The notes below the pieces were generated by a model. That model did no database searches. It worked only from the letters and a program-made list of their open reading frames with translations, and was not told the origin of the DNA. The position numbers were made by a program, and so were the translations under genes. 64,000 bases of DNA from a virus, in IMG/VR virus record IMGVR_UViG_3300025840_000015, positions 32,001-96,000 of that record. The stretch is one strand, 5' to 3'. This document shows positions 36,890 to 47,202 of this stretch, piece after piece. Position 1 is the stretch's first letter. Each line of letters opens with the position of its first letter.

Positions 36890-37116
36890 CCTTTAGATTT
36901 GGATTTGAGTTGTTTTTTGATGTAAGAAACTGCCGATGGATAATTCTTAGCAGTATGCCACTGCTTACCATTATGTAGGATAATGAACTTTTTTGATCCA
37001 CCGATACTTAATGCAACCCATTCTCCATTTTTGGTAATGTATCCGTTAGGATACCCAGGAATAGGATCCAAAAGAGTTTCGTTTTGAACGTGCCAACCAT
37101 CCATATCAATAAACAA
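36886..37116 (-). CDS. hypothetical protein
   Basis: GYITKNGEW...FIILHNGKQ. Confidence 0.65.
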   Translation of the reverse strand: MFIDMDGWHVQNETLLDPIPGYPNGYITKNGEWVALSIGGSKKFIILHNGKQWHTAKNYPSAVSYIKKQLKSKSKG

Positions 37117-37246
37117 TAGTAGAGGACATTACCCGTGCATTTGGGTATTGAGAAAGAGCAACGCGAATCGCTTCATCACGATTTCGAGCATAACACTCCA
37201 CGTAAAAGGTTTGACCGCTAACCATGCACATGACACGATGCCTCAT
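37106..37246 (-). CDS. hypothetical protein (46 aa)
   Basis: MRHRVMCMVSGQTFYVECYARNRDEAIRVALSQYPNARV. Confidence 0.65.
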   Translation of the reverse strand: MRHRVMCMVSGQTFYVECYARNRDEAIRVALSQYPNARVMSSTIVY

Positions 37247-37257
37247 GATTCAAATCC

Positions 37258-38484
37258 TCACTTGTTGATTGTAGAGATGATGGGTTCGCCATGGACAAAG
37301 ATGGTATCAGACACTGCCTGAACCCTCCTTGCTGTCCCGATCCCAGTGTTATTATACACCGGAACATGGACGAAACCATAGGGTTTTACAAATTCTTCAC
37401 TTTTGTCTGGAGTCAAGGAACCTTCTGAGAGGCGCCTAGAATCGTCTGGATGAAGGCGGATTACCCTACCAATGGTTTGTGCCATGGCAATGTAATCAAG
37501 GTTCCTCATGAGGATACAGGATGTCAATCCAGGGCAATCAATACCCTCTGAAAGAATACTGTAATGAAGAACAACAAACTTCCTACCGTTTTCTTTGCCA
37601 TAAGACTTCAATGTATCGAAGAATACATCACGATCTACTTTATTTCCATTGATAAATGCGCCATACTTTGCAGTAATCCAGAACAAATCATATCCAAAAG
37701 ACTGAATCTCTTTCATGAAATCAGTCTCTGCAAGCATACGAATCAAAACCTTAGTATTTGGTGCTGCTACAAGAACCTTATCCATATTGTCTTCATTGAC
37801 AATTGTATCAAGAAGAGTCATACAATCACGTTCTGCACCGAACTCCTTGTCCCTAACAGAATTGATGGTATGAGTCTTAATCTTTGGCGAAACAATATGT
37901 CCCTTAGAAACCATCTCTGGTGCAGATACATTCACAATAATCTGACCATAAACATCACTACGATTCATTCCTGGTTTATTTGCCTTCAAAGAATACTTTG
38001 GTGTTGCAGTGTATGAATAGAAACGATCACAAGACTTGGAAAGTTGCTCAACTGCAGGAAAGAAATTCTTCTGGATAGAATTATGTGCTTCATCAATATG
38101 TGCAGTATCTACCTTGATACCAGACTCAATAATACGATGAAGAGAATGATATGTGGTAAAGATCAGTTTATGACCTTCTGTTTTATCAAACCAGTTCTTG
38201 ATTACTTTTGGATTTGTTGAAGACTTATGCTTAGTCTCTCCACTATGGCAATGAAATACCGAAGCATTGGTAATAAACTCCAAATACTCATTAGAAAGTT
38301 GATTTGCAAGCATCAACCTAGGAGCAACCACAACAACAGTTTGTGATTCTTCCTTCTTGAACTCACGAATAGTGTCATAAACACCAATAAGAGTCTTACC
38401 TGCACCAGTCACAGCGCAAATGATTCCCTTATGGTAGACAGTCATTTTATTGGTAGCATCAGTCTGATGATCACGGAGAATCAT
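37258..38484 (-). CDS. superfamily 2 DExH helicase (ResIII-like)
   Basis: LRDHQ Q-motif, TGAGKT, DEAH, TATP, LSEGID, QTIGRVIR; start taken as MILRD because the -10 box overlaps the track's ATG. Confidence 0.9.
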   Translation of the reverse strand: MILRDHQTDATNKMTVYHKGIICAVTGAGKTLIGVYDTIREFKKEESQTVVVVAPRLMLANQLSNEYLEFITNASVFHCHSGETKHKSSTNPKVIKNWFDKTEGHKLIFTTYHSLHRIIESGIKVDTAHIDEAHNSIQKNFFPAVEQLSKSCDRFYSYTATPKYSLKANKPGMNRSDVYGQIIVNVSAPEMVSKGHIVSPKIKTHTINSVRDKEFGAERDCMTLLDTIVNEDNMDKVLVAAPNTKVLIRMLAETDFMKEIQSFGYDLFWITAKYGAFINGNKVDRDVFFDTLKSYGKENGRKFVVLHYSILSEGIDCPGLTSCILMRNLDYIAMAQTIGRVIRLHPDDSRRLSEGSLTPDKSEEFVKPYGFVHVPVYNNTGIGTARRVQAVSDTIFVHGEPIISTINK

Positions 38485-38509
38485 GGTGGTAATTGGATCA
38501 ACTGAAGAC

Positions 38510-38630
38510 ATTATAGCAATAAAAAAGGATACCGTGTGGTATCCTGTGACACTTATTAAACTGTCTTAAAGCTATTATTTCTCTTCAACCGGGACAAACC
38601 TAGTCTATAGAGGTTTTAACGATCTGTCAA
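38510..38630 (-). promoter_or_regulatory. tandem promoters with intervening terminator
   Basis: TTGACA-17-TAGACT (38602-38630); dyad half GTGTCAC at 38546; hairpin AGGATACC/GGTATCCT plus T-run; TATAAT at 38510-38515. Confidence 0.7.
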
Positions 38631-38633
38631 GTC

Positions 38634-40655
38634 TTATGATAGTGGGATGATTGCACTACCAATTCCAGCAACATTTATGATAAGATCAGTTCCATCTAGA
38701 ATGAAATCAATCTGTGAAAAGACATTTGATGGATCTGGTGTTGCAATGTTAAAGGTAAGACCACCATCAGTGCTTTGGTCATAATATGAGAATGAAAGAT
38801 TATTATCATTTCCATTATCAATTCCACTAGAATATAGTGAATAACCTGCAGTTACAAACGAATTAGCATTTACTGTTCCTCCAGTGCTAACAGTTCCAGG
38901 AGTTGAGAGAGTTATGCTGGTTCCAGTAATGTCTCCATAAGAATTAGCACTAACTTGATTGAAGTTTGCTGTTCCTGTTGATGCAGTTATTGATCCTCCA
39001 ATCAAAGTAATATCTGTTCCTACAATTGATCCAAAAGAATTGCAATCAATGTTTGCAGCAGTTAAAGTTCCTTGAATATCAGCATCATTTAATACTGTTA
39101 ATTCAGTGGCAGAAATAGAATTGTTTACAGAAAGTGCATCTGCGAAAACACTTCCACCAAGTTCTAAACCTCCAGATGCTTTGATGTTCCCTAAGGAACT
39201 AATTCCAACACCATCTTGAGTTTGAGGATCATTACCAACTTGCAAATCATATGCAATTGGAATAGAATCACCAGAAACTGCTAATTTCTTCTTAATTATA
39301 GAATTATTATTTGTAGTTGAGTCTCCAGTGATTATTTCATTAAATGATGAAACTCCGAAGAAGTCTGCATTTCCATTTACACTTAATAATGTATTTGGAT
39401 TAGTGTCATTTAATCCCAAATATCCATTATTTGTTACCGTAAATATCTCAGAAAGTGCTGGATTGAAGATTTTAAGTGATCCAGAACCTGCACCACCTGG
39501 ATTTAAATAGAAATTAATATCGCCATTACTATAGTTGATTATATCTAGAGATGTATCATTACTATCTGGGAATGAACCATCAGTGCTTCCATATCTCAAT
39601 TGAGCATTATTAGATGTCTTATTTTCCAATCTACCAAAAGTAATAGTAGATTGATTTGTTCCGTCACTGGTTAATTGAAGTGAAGACTCTCCATTCTTTC
39701 TAATGTGAAGTTGTGAATTTGGAGTATCTGTTCCCAAACCAAACTGATTATCAACAATAAGAGTATCAGTTATTGTTGATACTCCAGAAGTTGAATATTG
39801 ACTATTGATAGAATTTACACTTACATCTGCTGTTGGTTCAATATCACTAGCTACAGATGCAGTTCCAGATAAATCTCCTACAAAAGTTGTTGCTTTGAAA
39901 GAACTTGCGGTAACTATTCCTGTATAGTATCCATTTCCTTGAACATATAGTTTAGATGATGGTAAATTTGTTCCTATACCAACGTTCTGTTCTTTAGATA
40001 ATACAAGTAATGGTATTTCTGGGAAGTCTTGACTAAATTGCTCTCTTACATTAAAATTGAGATCACAGTTATCAATATCTAAAGTAGTGTTTATTAACGC
40101 CCCTAGGACACTTGTTCCATTATTTGCATATCTAACATCAAATCCTATTCCAGATCTTTTACTGTCTCCAGTAATATCACTAGTATTTTCAATTCCATCA
40201 AAAGCATTGATAATGATGTGTCCATCATTCAACCTCAGTGTTGAACCTATTGCAACATCTCCATTGACTTCAAATTTAAAGTCTGATGTATCAGTTCCTA
40301 TTCCAACACTAGATGTTGTTGATATAAATGAACCACCAGAAGTTACATGCCATCCATCAACTGCAATTGCAAATATATCAGTCAATCCAAGAGCACTTCC
40401 TTCAAATCTAGTTGCTGTAAGAACACCAACAACTGTTCCACCCTCAGTAGAATCAATGTATCTTGTAGTAATTTGATCAGATATTACTTCATTTGTTATT
40501 GTTGCTCCACTTACCTGAGCATTTCCATAAACATCTAATAATTGTGTTGGAATTGATGTTCCAATTCCAACCAATCCATTGTTATTGATAACAAAATTAT
40601 CATTATCTACCTGAACACCATTCCTAAAATTGAATGATTTGTTAAAATTTGCCAT
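38634..40655 (-). CDS. tail fibre-related structural protein with GIGT repeats
   Basis: MANFNKSFNFRNGVQVD; repeated VGIGT..P...L.V.G; late promoter at 40673-40680. Confidence 0.8.
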   Translation of the reverse strand: MANFNKSFNFRNGVQVDNDNFVINNNGLVGIGTSIPTQLLDVYGNAQVSGATITNEVISDQITTRYIDSTEGGTVVGVLTATRFEGSALGLTDIFAIAVDGWHVTSGGSFISTTSSVGIGTDTSDFKFEVNGDVAIGSTLRLNDGHIIINAFDGIENTSDITGDSKRSGIGFDVRYANNGTSVLGALINTTLDIDNCDLNFNVREQFSQDFPEIPLLVLSKEQNVGIGTNLPSSKLYVQGNGYYTGIVTASSFKATTFVGDLSGTASVASDIEPTADVSVNSINSQYSTSGVSTITDTLIVDNQFGLGTDTPNSQLHIRKNGESSLQLTSDGTNQSTITFGRLENKTSNNAQLRYGSTDGSFPDSNDTSLDIINYSNGDINFYLNPGGAGSGSLKIFNPALSEIFTVTNNGYLGLNDTNPNTLLSVNGNADFFGVSSFNEIITGDSTTNNNSIIKKKLAVSGDSIPIAYDLQVGNDPQTQDGVGISSLGNIKASGGLELGGSVFADALSVNNSISATELTVLNDADIQGTLTAANIDCNSFGSIVGTDITLIGGSITASTGTANFNQVSANSYGDITGTSITLSTPGTVSTGGTVNANSFVTAGYSLYSSGIDNGNDNNLSFSYYDQSTDGGLTFNIATPDPSNVFSQIDFILDGTDLIINVAGIGSAIIPLS

Positions 40656-40678
40656 TTTTTATGGTTTTTAGTTATTTA

Positions 40679-43600
40679 TTATGAAATTCTAATTAAGTAG
40701 ATCATTCCCATGTATGGAGGTAAATTCTTACCAGTTCCATTTTGCCCTTCTTGAGAAGTGACATAACTGTGAGAATGACTTGTGCTATTTTCTTGTGTAA
40801 TGAATGGATGCTGGTGTTTAGTTGTGTTTGGACCAGTAGTGAATGGGTGTTGGTGTTTATTTGAAGCACCACCAGTTCCAAATGAATTTGGTCCTGAAGT
40901 ATTGTTTAGATTTCCAAATCTATAATACCACCAATAATAATAACTATTTGCAGTGTATGGTATATCATGAGTATGATCTGGAGTATCATCATCTGTAGTT
41001 CCTTGGTGAATGTGGTCAACATTGTTGAATCCACTAACTCCTTGGTGAGTATGTTTTTCACTTTCTGCCGAAGTATTTCCATTATGACTGTGCTGAACAA
41101 GAACTGCATCTGCACTTCCTCCAGTTTGACCAATTGTATAATTGCTTCCAGTTCCAACAACAAATCTATTTGTCATGTTGGGTAGTCTAAATCTTGTTCC
41201 AACATTTGCACCATATGGGAAAGTGGTCCCATTATTGGTTAGAATGTTATAACAATCAGTATAATCTGCAATTTCTAATAATGCTCCATTACATACTCTC
41301 CAGTTATCTGGGAAGTTTGATAATGAACCAGGCCACAATAATATTCCACCAATTGGATTGATGTTTGGTGCTACAAGATAGTTTGCACTTATTCTACCTT
41401 CACTTTGACTTGACTTAGTTAAGTCTAAGTTTCCATATATGTCTACTCCAGTGGTTGTAGTCTCAAGTTTCTTAGAATTATTATGATATACTTCAATGCC
41501 AGCATCTGGAATTGCTTTTAAGATTGGTTCATATGATGCAAGAGGACCTTTTCCAATCAAAATTCCATTTGGACCATTAGAAAGTATTCTAAGATCCCCA
41601 GAACCAGAATCTTCAATTATGGAATTGGATCCATTATGATATATCTTTAGATCACTGTCATTTCCAATAAAAATACCTTTATCATCATTAATGGTTAAAT
41701 CTCCACCAATATTCAAATTACTACCAACAGATAATTCACCTCCAATAATACCACTACCAAAGACATCTAGTGCATTTGAACTTGTATCTTTGATTCTGAC
41801 ATTTTTACTGAAAATAGAAGTATCTTTGAATCTAGTTTGTTTGTTGAATGTTACTGGACCATCAAATTGAGATAGAACCGTTCCAGACTCTCCACCTTCA
41901 ACAACTAACCTTTCTTTTACTGTAAGTTCATCAAATAGAGCACTTGATTTGGATGGACTATCACCAGTAATAGTTGGTTTTGGAATATCATATGATGTAA
42001 TTTGACCAGATGAAGATGATGTCTTAGTGTTTCCATTGAAGAAATCACCTTGATTATTCATTCCAGTATATACTACAATTCCACCAGATCTTTCTTGAGA
42101 CTGAACTAAGAAACTTTCTCTTTCAGAAAGTGACTTAAATTGAACTTGTGGAAGTGAAGTTGAATAATTTCCTGGACCATAACCAAGATATTCAAATGTA
42201 TGTCCAGAAGCACGAAGAATAGAAGGTCTACGGAATTCTACTGCAATTGGTTTTATCTTTTTAATCAATGAATCTGCAGGATGTGATTGTTTTCTTGTCC
42301 CTAAAGATCCACGAATTACAGTCAATTGAGTGGTGTTTGCAGATGAAACAACTCTCATAATTTCATCCCTAATTTGGATATATGTTCCAATTGGGAATCT
42401 ATTGTTTACTCCACCACCAGTTGTAAGTTCGGATATTGAAAGTATATTTGAAGTTACTGAGTCGTTAATTGCAGAAGATAATCTTAATGCATCATTTCCA
42501 TATAGTGTAAAGTGTCTTGCTGCAATATTTTCCTCTCTAATATCAGATATTCCTTGGTTTGATGAGTAACCGTGCTTCAATACATATCCATTAACCAGTG
42601 ATAGATCTTGTGATACTACTGTAAATTGAGTTACACTAAGTCTATCTTTAACTAAGTAATCTCCAAGATTATTTGAAGATGAATCAGTCAATCTAATTTT
42701 ATTTCCAGAAACTAATCCATGTGGAGTAGATGTGGTAATCGTAATAAGATTATTAGAATATGACTTTGAAGAAATTTGAGAAGATGGTCCAACAACAAGA
42801 GCATATTGACCAACAACTGGTGTTGGATCACCAGCAGTTTTTGCAATGGAAACTTTTTGACTGCTAACAAGAGATGTTATTCTATAATAACCATCTTCTT
42901 GATTTCCATCTCCTGTTATTTGAACAACGTCACCAATAAATCTAGATAAACCGTTTGAGGTTATAGTGTAAGTTCCGTTATTTCCAGATCCAATTACAGA
43001 GGTATCAAAATAAAGAACATCCGATACTGAATAATCTGATCCGGAAGAAACTATATTTACGGAGGAAATATTGCCACCAGCAGCAACAGTAACATTTGCC
43101 GTAGCACCATTCCAAACAGTAAGTCCAGAATTTGAATATAATTTTACATCATAATATGTTCCTGGCGTAAATCCAGATGATGAACCAATAGCACCCTCAA
43201 CAACACCTGCAAATTCATGCTGTCTATCAAATTTTATATCTGCAGAGGATCCAGAATCAGTTACACTAATAATTTCTTTTCCTAATCCAAATGATTTAGT
43301 AAATTTATCAATACTTTCTCTTGTTGTGCTTCTCTTAAGATCATTTGTAACTACATCTCCAATTGGAGATCTTAGTGCAAATGTGGTTGATGCAGGTGGA
43401 TTAGAGTCAAAATTATCTCTATCAAGTTGTGGATACAGATCAGTTGTGTTTTGAGAATATTTTAGACCTGTAAATTCTTCTGTTATTGTATTGCTAGCAT
43501 TTAAAAGATATAAGTGGTATATTCCATCTTGTGATCCTTCGATGTAGTTTGAGATAACTTCATTTCTATAGATGTAAAGATTTGATTGCAAATCACTTCT

Positions 43601-46390
43601 CTCATATCTTGGAAGAAGACCAATTTCAGATGGAGTTGATCTTAAATTTATGTCATTGGTGCTTTCTAATCCTACAACATGAACATTTCCAAAGATATCT
43701 GTAGTTTTATATTCAAACTCATAATCTGATGATGATGTCACAAAGAATTTTCCATTATATCCAATATTAAAATCACCATCAACATTAATCGAATCAGTAA
43801 TATTTCTGATAACTACAATATCACCAACATTTAGATTATTTTTGGTGCAGGTTTCTACAGTAATTGTTTCGGCAGAATCAAAACTAGTTCTTCTTATGAA
43901 TTTTTGATTTCTCTTATATTCATAATCAGTGCTATCAATAGTTGTTAATGTGAAATCTCCACTTCTAGCACCGGTAGATCCAGATTCTTGCAATATAAAT
44001 CCTTCTTCAGGATCTTTTGCTCCTGATAACTCTTTTGGTATTACAACTCTTAATTTGTATAACTTTTCATCCAAACTTCTATCATCAACTACTCTCTTTA
44101 CATATGCTAAATCTGTAAAGATATCTAAAGTCGATTGATTTGCTACTAAGTATGGATATATTGTATTTGAGGAATCTACATTAATATACCAATTTTCATT
44201 GGCAGCATCATATTGAATTGGAGACCCAAGTTCACCAGAAATTCTGTCTGATACTCTACTATAAACAACTAATGAACTGCCACCAGAAATATCAAGACTT
44301 TCCTCATTCAAAGCATTGGTGAATGAAGTTGCCAATTTAATTTTGTTGGCATTTATTCTAATTGCATAATAAACAATATGTGGAGTTACATTTTCAGGCA
44401 AATCTCCAATACTGCTGTTTATAATTATTTTTTCTCCAGTAGAAAGATTGTGAGCACCAATACTCAAAACAGAAGCACTGTTTACATTTCCTACAGTATA
44501 AACTTTAGATGATGAAGATCCATCATCCATGTAAATACTTGCATTAAGTTCAGAACCATTGAGTTTTACATATAGTTTATCATCATTTCTTGCTCCAATC
44601 CTATATCCTTGAGAGATATGTGAAGGAACATCATCAACCAGAGTAAATCCATACAGATATAATCTAGTTGGATCGGCAACACTTACAGTCTTTGTTACAT
44701 CAATTGATAACCATTCAATATCTTCTTCTACATTGACATCAACTTCTCTTGGTGGAATTACTGAAGTGATGAAACCTTTATCATCTTTATCAAATGCTTC
44801 AGATTTAAATCCTTCTGAACTTAATGAAATTTGACCGAAGTTTGAATTGGAGTTTGTTATTGAAGCATCGCCACCAGATTGAATATCAAAATGCTTATTA
44901 AATCCAATAGCAAAAACAGATACTATTTGTATAAATGCATCATTTGAAACTTTAATATGACTGGTTTCCCAACCATTTCTATAAATTGCAGATTGATCTA
45001 AGTGATATATTTTTCCAGTATCAGTTTGTGATGCTTCTAATGGCAATGATGCGCCATAAACAGTTGTAAAGTTTACACCTTCATATGATCTAGAAACTGG
45101 ATCATACTTTACAAATGCTCTATCATCTTTTTGAAGTGAAACAGCGGTAAACTGTGCCACAACCATTGAACGGAAACCAGATGCTTTGCTACCATCTGCG
45201 TGCATTCCATTCATACCCCAAACTGATCTCAATGAGCAGTTGAAAATATATGGAGATGCTCCAGATACAGTATCAGTTTCTACTGTTACTGTAGATCCAG
45301 AAGAACTTGGACTTGCATTTAAATTGATTGGATATGATGGTAGTAAATATGTAAATGTAAAGTCATCAATTACACTTTGAACACTTGTTGAAACATTATA
45401 ATTCTGAACACCAACACCTCTAATCTTAATTGGAGTTCCTACATTTAAATCATGTGCAATTGAAGTTCTTACAGTAATTAGATTGGATGCAGTTATACCA
45501 TTTCCAGAGAAAATACTCTCAATTGCTACTGGATCTGTTGCAAATGCACCAACAATTTGCCATTCTGGATCTCTCTTTGCAAAACTAGTTAGACTATTTG
45601 GAAACTTCTCTGATGAAGGAATTTCTCTAAATGTATTAAAAGCATTCGATAATTTGCTATAATACATATCCAGATCAGTGAGATTATACCTGGAATCAAT
45701 GTTTACACCATCTGCATATTCAAAGCATGATAGTTTGTGGTGTGAAAATCTTGGAGTTGATTTGTATGCAGAACTAAAGAATGTTGGATGAGTATATACT
45801 AAATCGCTATCATCACCATCAAAGAATGAGAATTGCCAGAAGTAACAAGCACCAGTTACCCTGAATATTGATGATTTTTGTGCGAATGGATCTGTTGGGT
45901 TTGGAACATACTTTGGTCTTATCTTTGTCTTTCTTAGATCTAAACCAACAATAGAAGTTCCTCTTGGAATTATTACTCCACCATTGATACTATTGAATTT
46001 GTAGAGTATATTATCTTCTTGAGATAGATCAAATACACTATCTAATTCCAAAGAAAGTGTAGAAAGTGCGGGAGAACCTACTCCTCCCGATGGTGGAACA
46101 GAATATGCAATTCCATTGTTGTCATATATTGCATATCCAGGTCTATTATCTATAACGTGTTCTGCAGGAAATACTAGAATTGTAGTTTTTTCTACTAGAT
46201 CGTTTCCACTACCACTGATATATGAAAATCTTGCTGATTCTAATAATGCTCTTTGAATTGTCTTAAACGGTTGAGCAAGAGAATTACCTGTATTTGTAAT
46301 TGAATCGCTAGAATCCAAATCATTTGGATTTACATATAAAATACGGCCATCAGTGTTCTTAATGAAGTTTTGTAACTTATTCAGTGGCAT
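40679..46390 (-). CDS. tail fibre with N-terminal pectin-lyase-like region and C-terminal collar plus HxH needle
   Basis: PFKTIQRAL motif; PIGGILLW...W.VCNG...FRLPNM...F collar; seven HxH; NLPPY end; late promoter at 46423-46430. Confidence 0.85.
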   Translation of the reverse strand: MPLNKLQNFIKNTDGRILYVNPNDLDSSDSITNTGNSLAQPFKTIQRALLESARFSYISGSGNDLVEKTTILVFPAEHVIDNRPGYAIYDNNGIAYSVPPSGGVGSPALSTLSLELDSVFDLSQEDNILYKFNSINGGVIIPRGTSIVGLDLRKTKIRPKYVPNPTDPFAQKSSIFRVTGACYFWQFSFFDGDDSDLVYTHPTFFSSAYKSTPRFSHHKLSCFEYADGVNIDSRYNLTDLDMYYSKLSNAFNTFREIPSSEKFPNSLTSFAKRDPEWQIVGAFATDPVAIESIFSGNGITASNLITVRTSIAHDLNVGTPIKIRGVGVQNYNVSTSVQSVIDDFTFTYLLPSYPINLNASPSSSGSTVTVETDTVSGASPYIFNCSLRSVWGMNGMHADGSKASGFRSMVVAQFTAVSLQKDDRAFVKYDPVSRSYEGVNFTTVYGASLPLEASQTDTGKIYHLDQSAIYRNGWETSHIKVSNDAFIQIVSVFAIGFNKHFDIQSGGDASITNSNSNFGQISLSSEGFKSEAFDKDDKGFITSVIPPREVDVNVEEDIEWLSIDVTKTVSVADPTRLYLYGFTLVDDVPSHISQGYRIGARNDDKLYVKLNGSELNASIYMDDGSSSSKVYTVGNVNSASVLSIGAHNLSTGEKIIINSSIGDLPENVTPHIVYYAIRINANKIKLATSFTNALNEESLDISGGSSLVVYSRVSDRISGELGSPIQYDAANENWYINVDSSNTIYPYLVANQSTLDIFTDLAYVKRVVDDRSLDEKLYKLRVVIPKELSGAKDPEEGFILQESGSTGARSGDFTLTTIDSTDYEYKRNQKFIRRTSFDSAETITVETCTKNNLNVGDIVVIRNITDSINVDGDFNIGYNGKFFVTSSSDYEFEYKTTDIFGNVHVVGLESTNDINLRSTPSEIGLLPRYERSDLQSNLYIYRNEVISNYIEGSQDGIYHLYLLNASNTITEEFTGLKYSQNTTDLYPQLDRDNFDSNPPASTTFALRSPIGDVVTNDLKRSTTRESIDKFTKSFGLGKEIISVTDSGSSADIKFDRQHEFAGVVEGAIGSSSGFTPGTYYDVKLYSNSGLTVWNGATANVTVAAGGNISSVNIVSSGSDYSVSDVLYFDTSVIGSGNNGTYTITSNGLSRFIGDVVQITGDGNQEDGYYRITSLVSSQKVSIAKTAGDPTPVVGQYALVVGPSSQISSKSYSNNLITITTSTPHGLVSGNKIRLTDSSSNNLGDYLVKDRLSVTQFTVVSQDLSLVNGYVLKHGYSSNQGISDIREENIAARHFTLYGNDALRLSSAINDSVTSNILSISELTTGGGVNNRFPIGTYIQIRDEIMRVVSSANTTQLTVIRGSLGTRKQSHPADSLIKKIKPIAVEFRRPSILRASGHTFEYLGYGPGNYSTSLPQVQFKSLSERESFLVQSQERSGGIVVYTGMNNQGDFFNGNTKTSSSSGQITSYDIPKPTITGDSPSKSSALFDELTVKERLVVEGGESGTVLSQFDGPVTFNKQTRFKDTSIFSKNVRIKDTSSNALDVFGSGIIGGELSVGSNLNIGGDLTINDDKGIFIGNDSDLKIYHNGSNSIIEDSGSGDLRILSNGPNGILIGKGPLASYEPILKAIPDAGIEVYHNNSKKLETTTTGVDIYGNLDLTKSSQSEGRISANYLVAPNINPIGGILLWPGSLSNFPDNWRVCNGALLEIADYTDCYNILTNNGTTFPYGANVGTRFRLPNMTNRFVVGTGSNYTIGQTGGSADAVLVQHSHNGNTSAESEKHTHQGVSGFNNVDHIHQGTTDDDTPDHTHDIPYTANSYYYWWYYRFGNLNNTSGPNSFGTGGASNKHQHPFTTGPNTTKHQHPFITQENSTSHSHSYVTSQEGQNGTGKNLPPYMGMIYLIRIS

Positions 46391-46425
46391 GGTATTAGAA
46401 CATCTACTTTTTTTCTATGATTTAT

Positions 46426-46731
46426 TTATCCCATAAAATCTTCCTCATCATAATAATATGCTAAATCATCAGGCAAAATATCTGGATTCAATATCTCTAT
46501 GGGATCAAAGTATGGATGGCAACTTTCCATAATTAAATAGTTTGATCCTTTATAAACATCATCAATTTGATATTTTCTATTACTACTGGCAGATAAAACT
46601 AATTCTTTATCATAAAGATGTCCATCAGGATATTCATCAAAAGTAAAAGGAACATCATTTAAAAAATACATCTTTACGATGATCCTTTCATTGTCATACC
46701 AACAATTCTTAGCGCATATGGTATAAGACAT
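46426..46731 (-). CDS. conserved cyanophage hypothetical protein
   Basis: IVKMYFLNDVPFTFDE...YLIMESCHP; late promoter at 46751-46758. Confidence 0.75.
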   Translation of the reverse strand: MSYTICAKNCWYDNERIIVKMYFLNDVPFTFDEYPDGHLYDKELVLSASSNRKYQIDDVYKGSNYLIMESCHPYFDPIEILNPDILPDDLAYYYDEEDFMG

Positions 46732-46765
46732 AACATTTTCTGTTTAGTCTTATTTATTTTAGTAA

Positions 46766-46849
46766 TGCGAGTAGGGAGACTTGAACTCCCACGGGATTGC
46801 TCCCAACAGATTTTAAGTCTGGTGCGTCTACCGATTCCGCCACACTCGC
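46766..46849 (-). tRNA. trnL: tRNA-Leu(UAA), no encoded CCA
   Basis: cloverleaf GCGAGTG/TACTCGC, anticodon loop CTTAAAA, long variable arm, GTTCAAG. Confidence 0.95.
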
Positions 46850-46903
46850 TTGATGGTATTATGCTTTGAATGCTAATAAAAGCATTACAACCTGAATACC
46901 AAG

Positions 46904-46987
46904 TAGGAACGGAGAGACTTGAACTCTCACGGGCAATTGCCCAACAGATTTTAAGTCTGGTGCGTCTACCGATTCCGCCACGCTCCC
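46904..46987 (-). tRNA. trnL: tRNA-Leu(UAA), no encoded CCA
   Basis: cloverleaf GGGAGCG/CGTTCCT; same D and anticodon arms as the neighbour. Confidence 0.95.
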
Positions 46988-46994
46988 ATTTGTT

Positions 46995-47069
46995 TGGTAG
47001 GACTGGAGGGAATTGAACCCTCTTCACACCGTTATAAGCAGTGGGCCTTAACCAATAGGCGACAGTCCC
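46995..47069 (-). tRNA. trnI: tRNA-Ile(UAU) with CCA
   Basis: GGGACTG/CAGTCCT acceptor; CACTG-CTTATAA-CGGTG anticodon arm. Confidence 0.9.
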
Positions 47070-47072
47070 ATT

Positions 47073-47147
47073 TGGTAGGAATACTGGGAGTTGAACCCAG
47101 ACTAACCCGTTATAAGCAGGCCGCTCTAACCATTAAGCTATATTCCC
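47073..47147 (-). tRNA. trnI: tRNA-Ile(UAU) with CCA
   Basis: GGGAATA/TATTCCT acceptor; GCCTG-CTTATAA-CGGGT anticodon arm. Confidence 0.92.
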
Positions 47148-47164
47148 TTAAAAGTTACTCAACA

Positions 47165-47193
47165 ATCATAAGACATAAACCTCAGATTGTCAA
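47165..47193 (-). promoter_or_regulatory. sigma70 promoter of the tRNA operon
   Basis: TTGACA-17-TATGAT. Confidence 0.85.
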
Positions 47194-47202
47194 GTGATTG
47201 TA

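Noticed and set aside
46850-46903. Hairpin between the two Leu tRNAs as a separate RNA gene
   Set aside because: Only short imperfect stems and no tRNA or ncRNA motifs; likely a processing spacer
46674-47197. Track ORFs 46674-47027 and 46994-47197
   Set aside because: They overlap four well-formed tRNA genes
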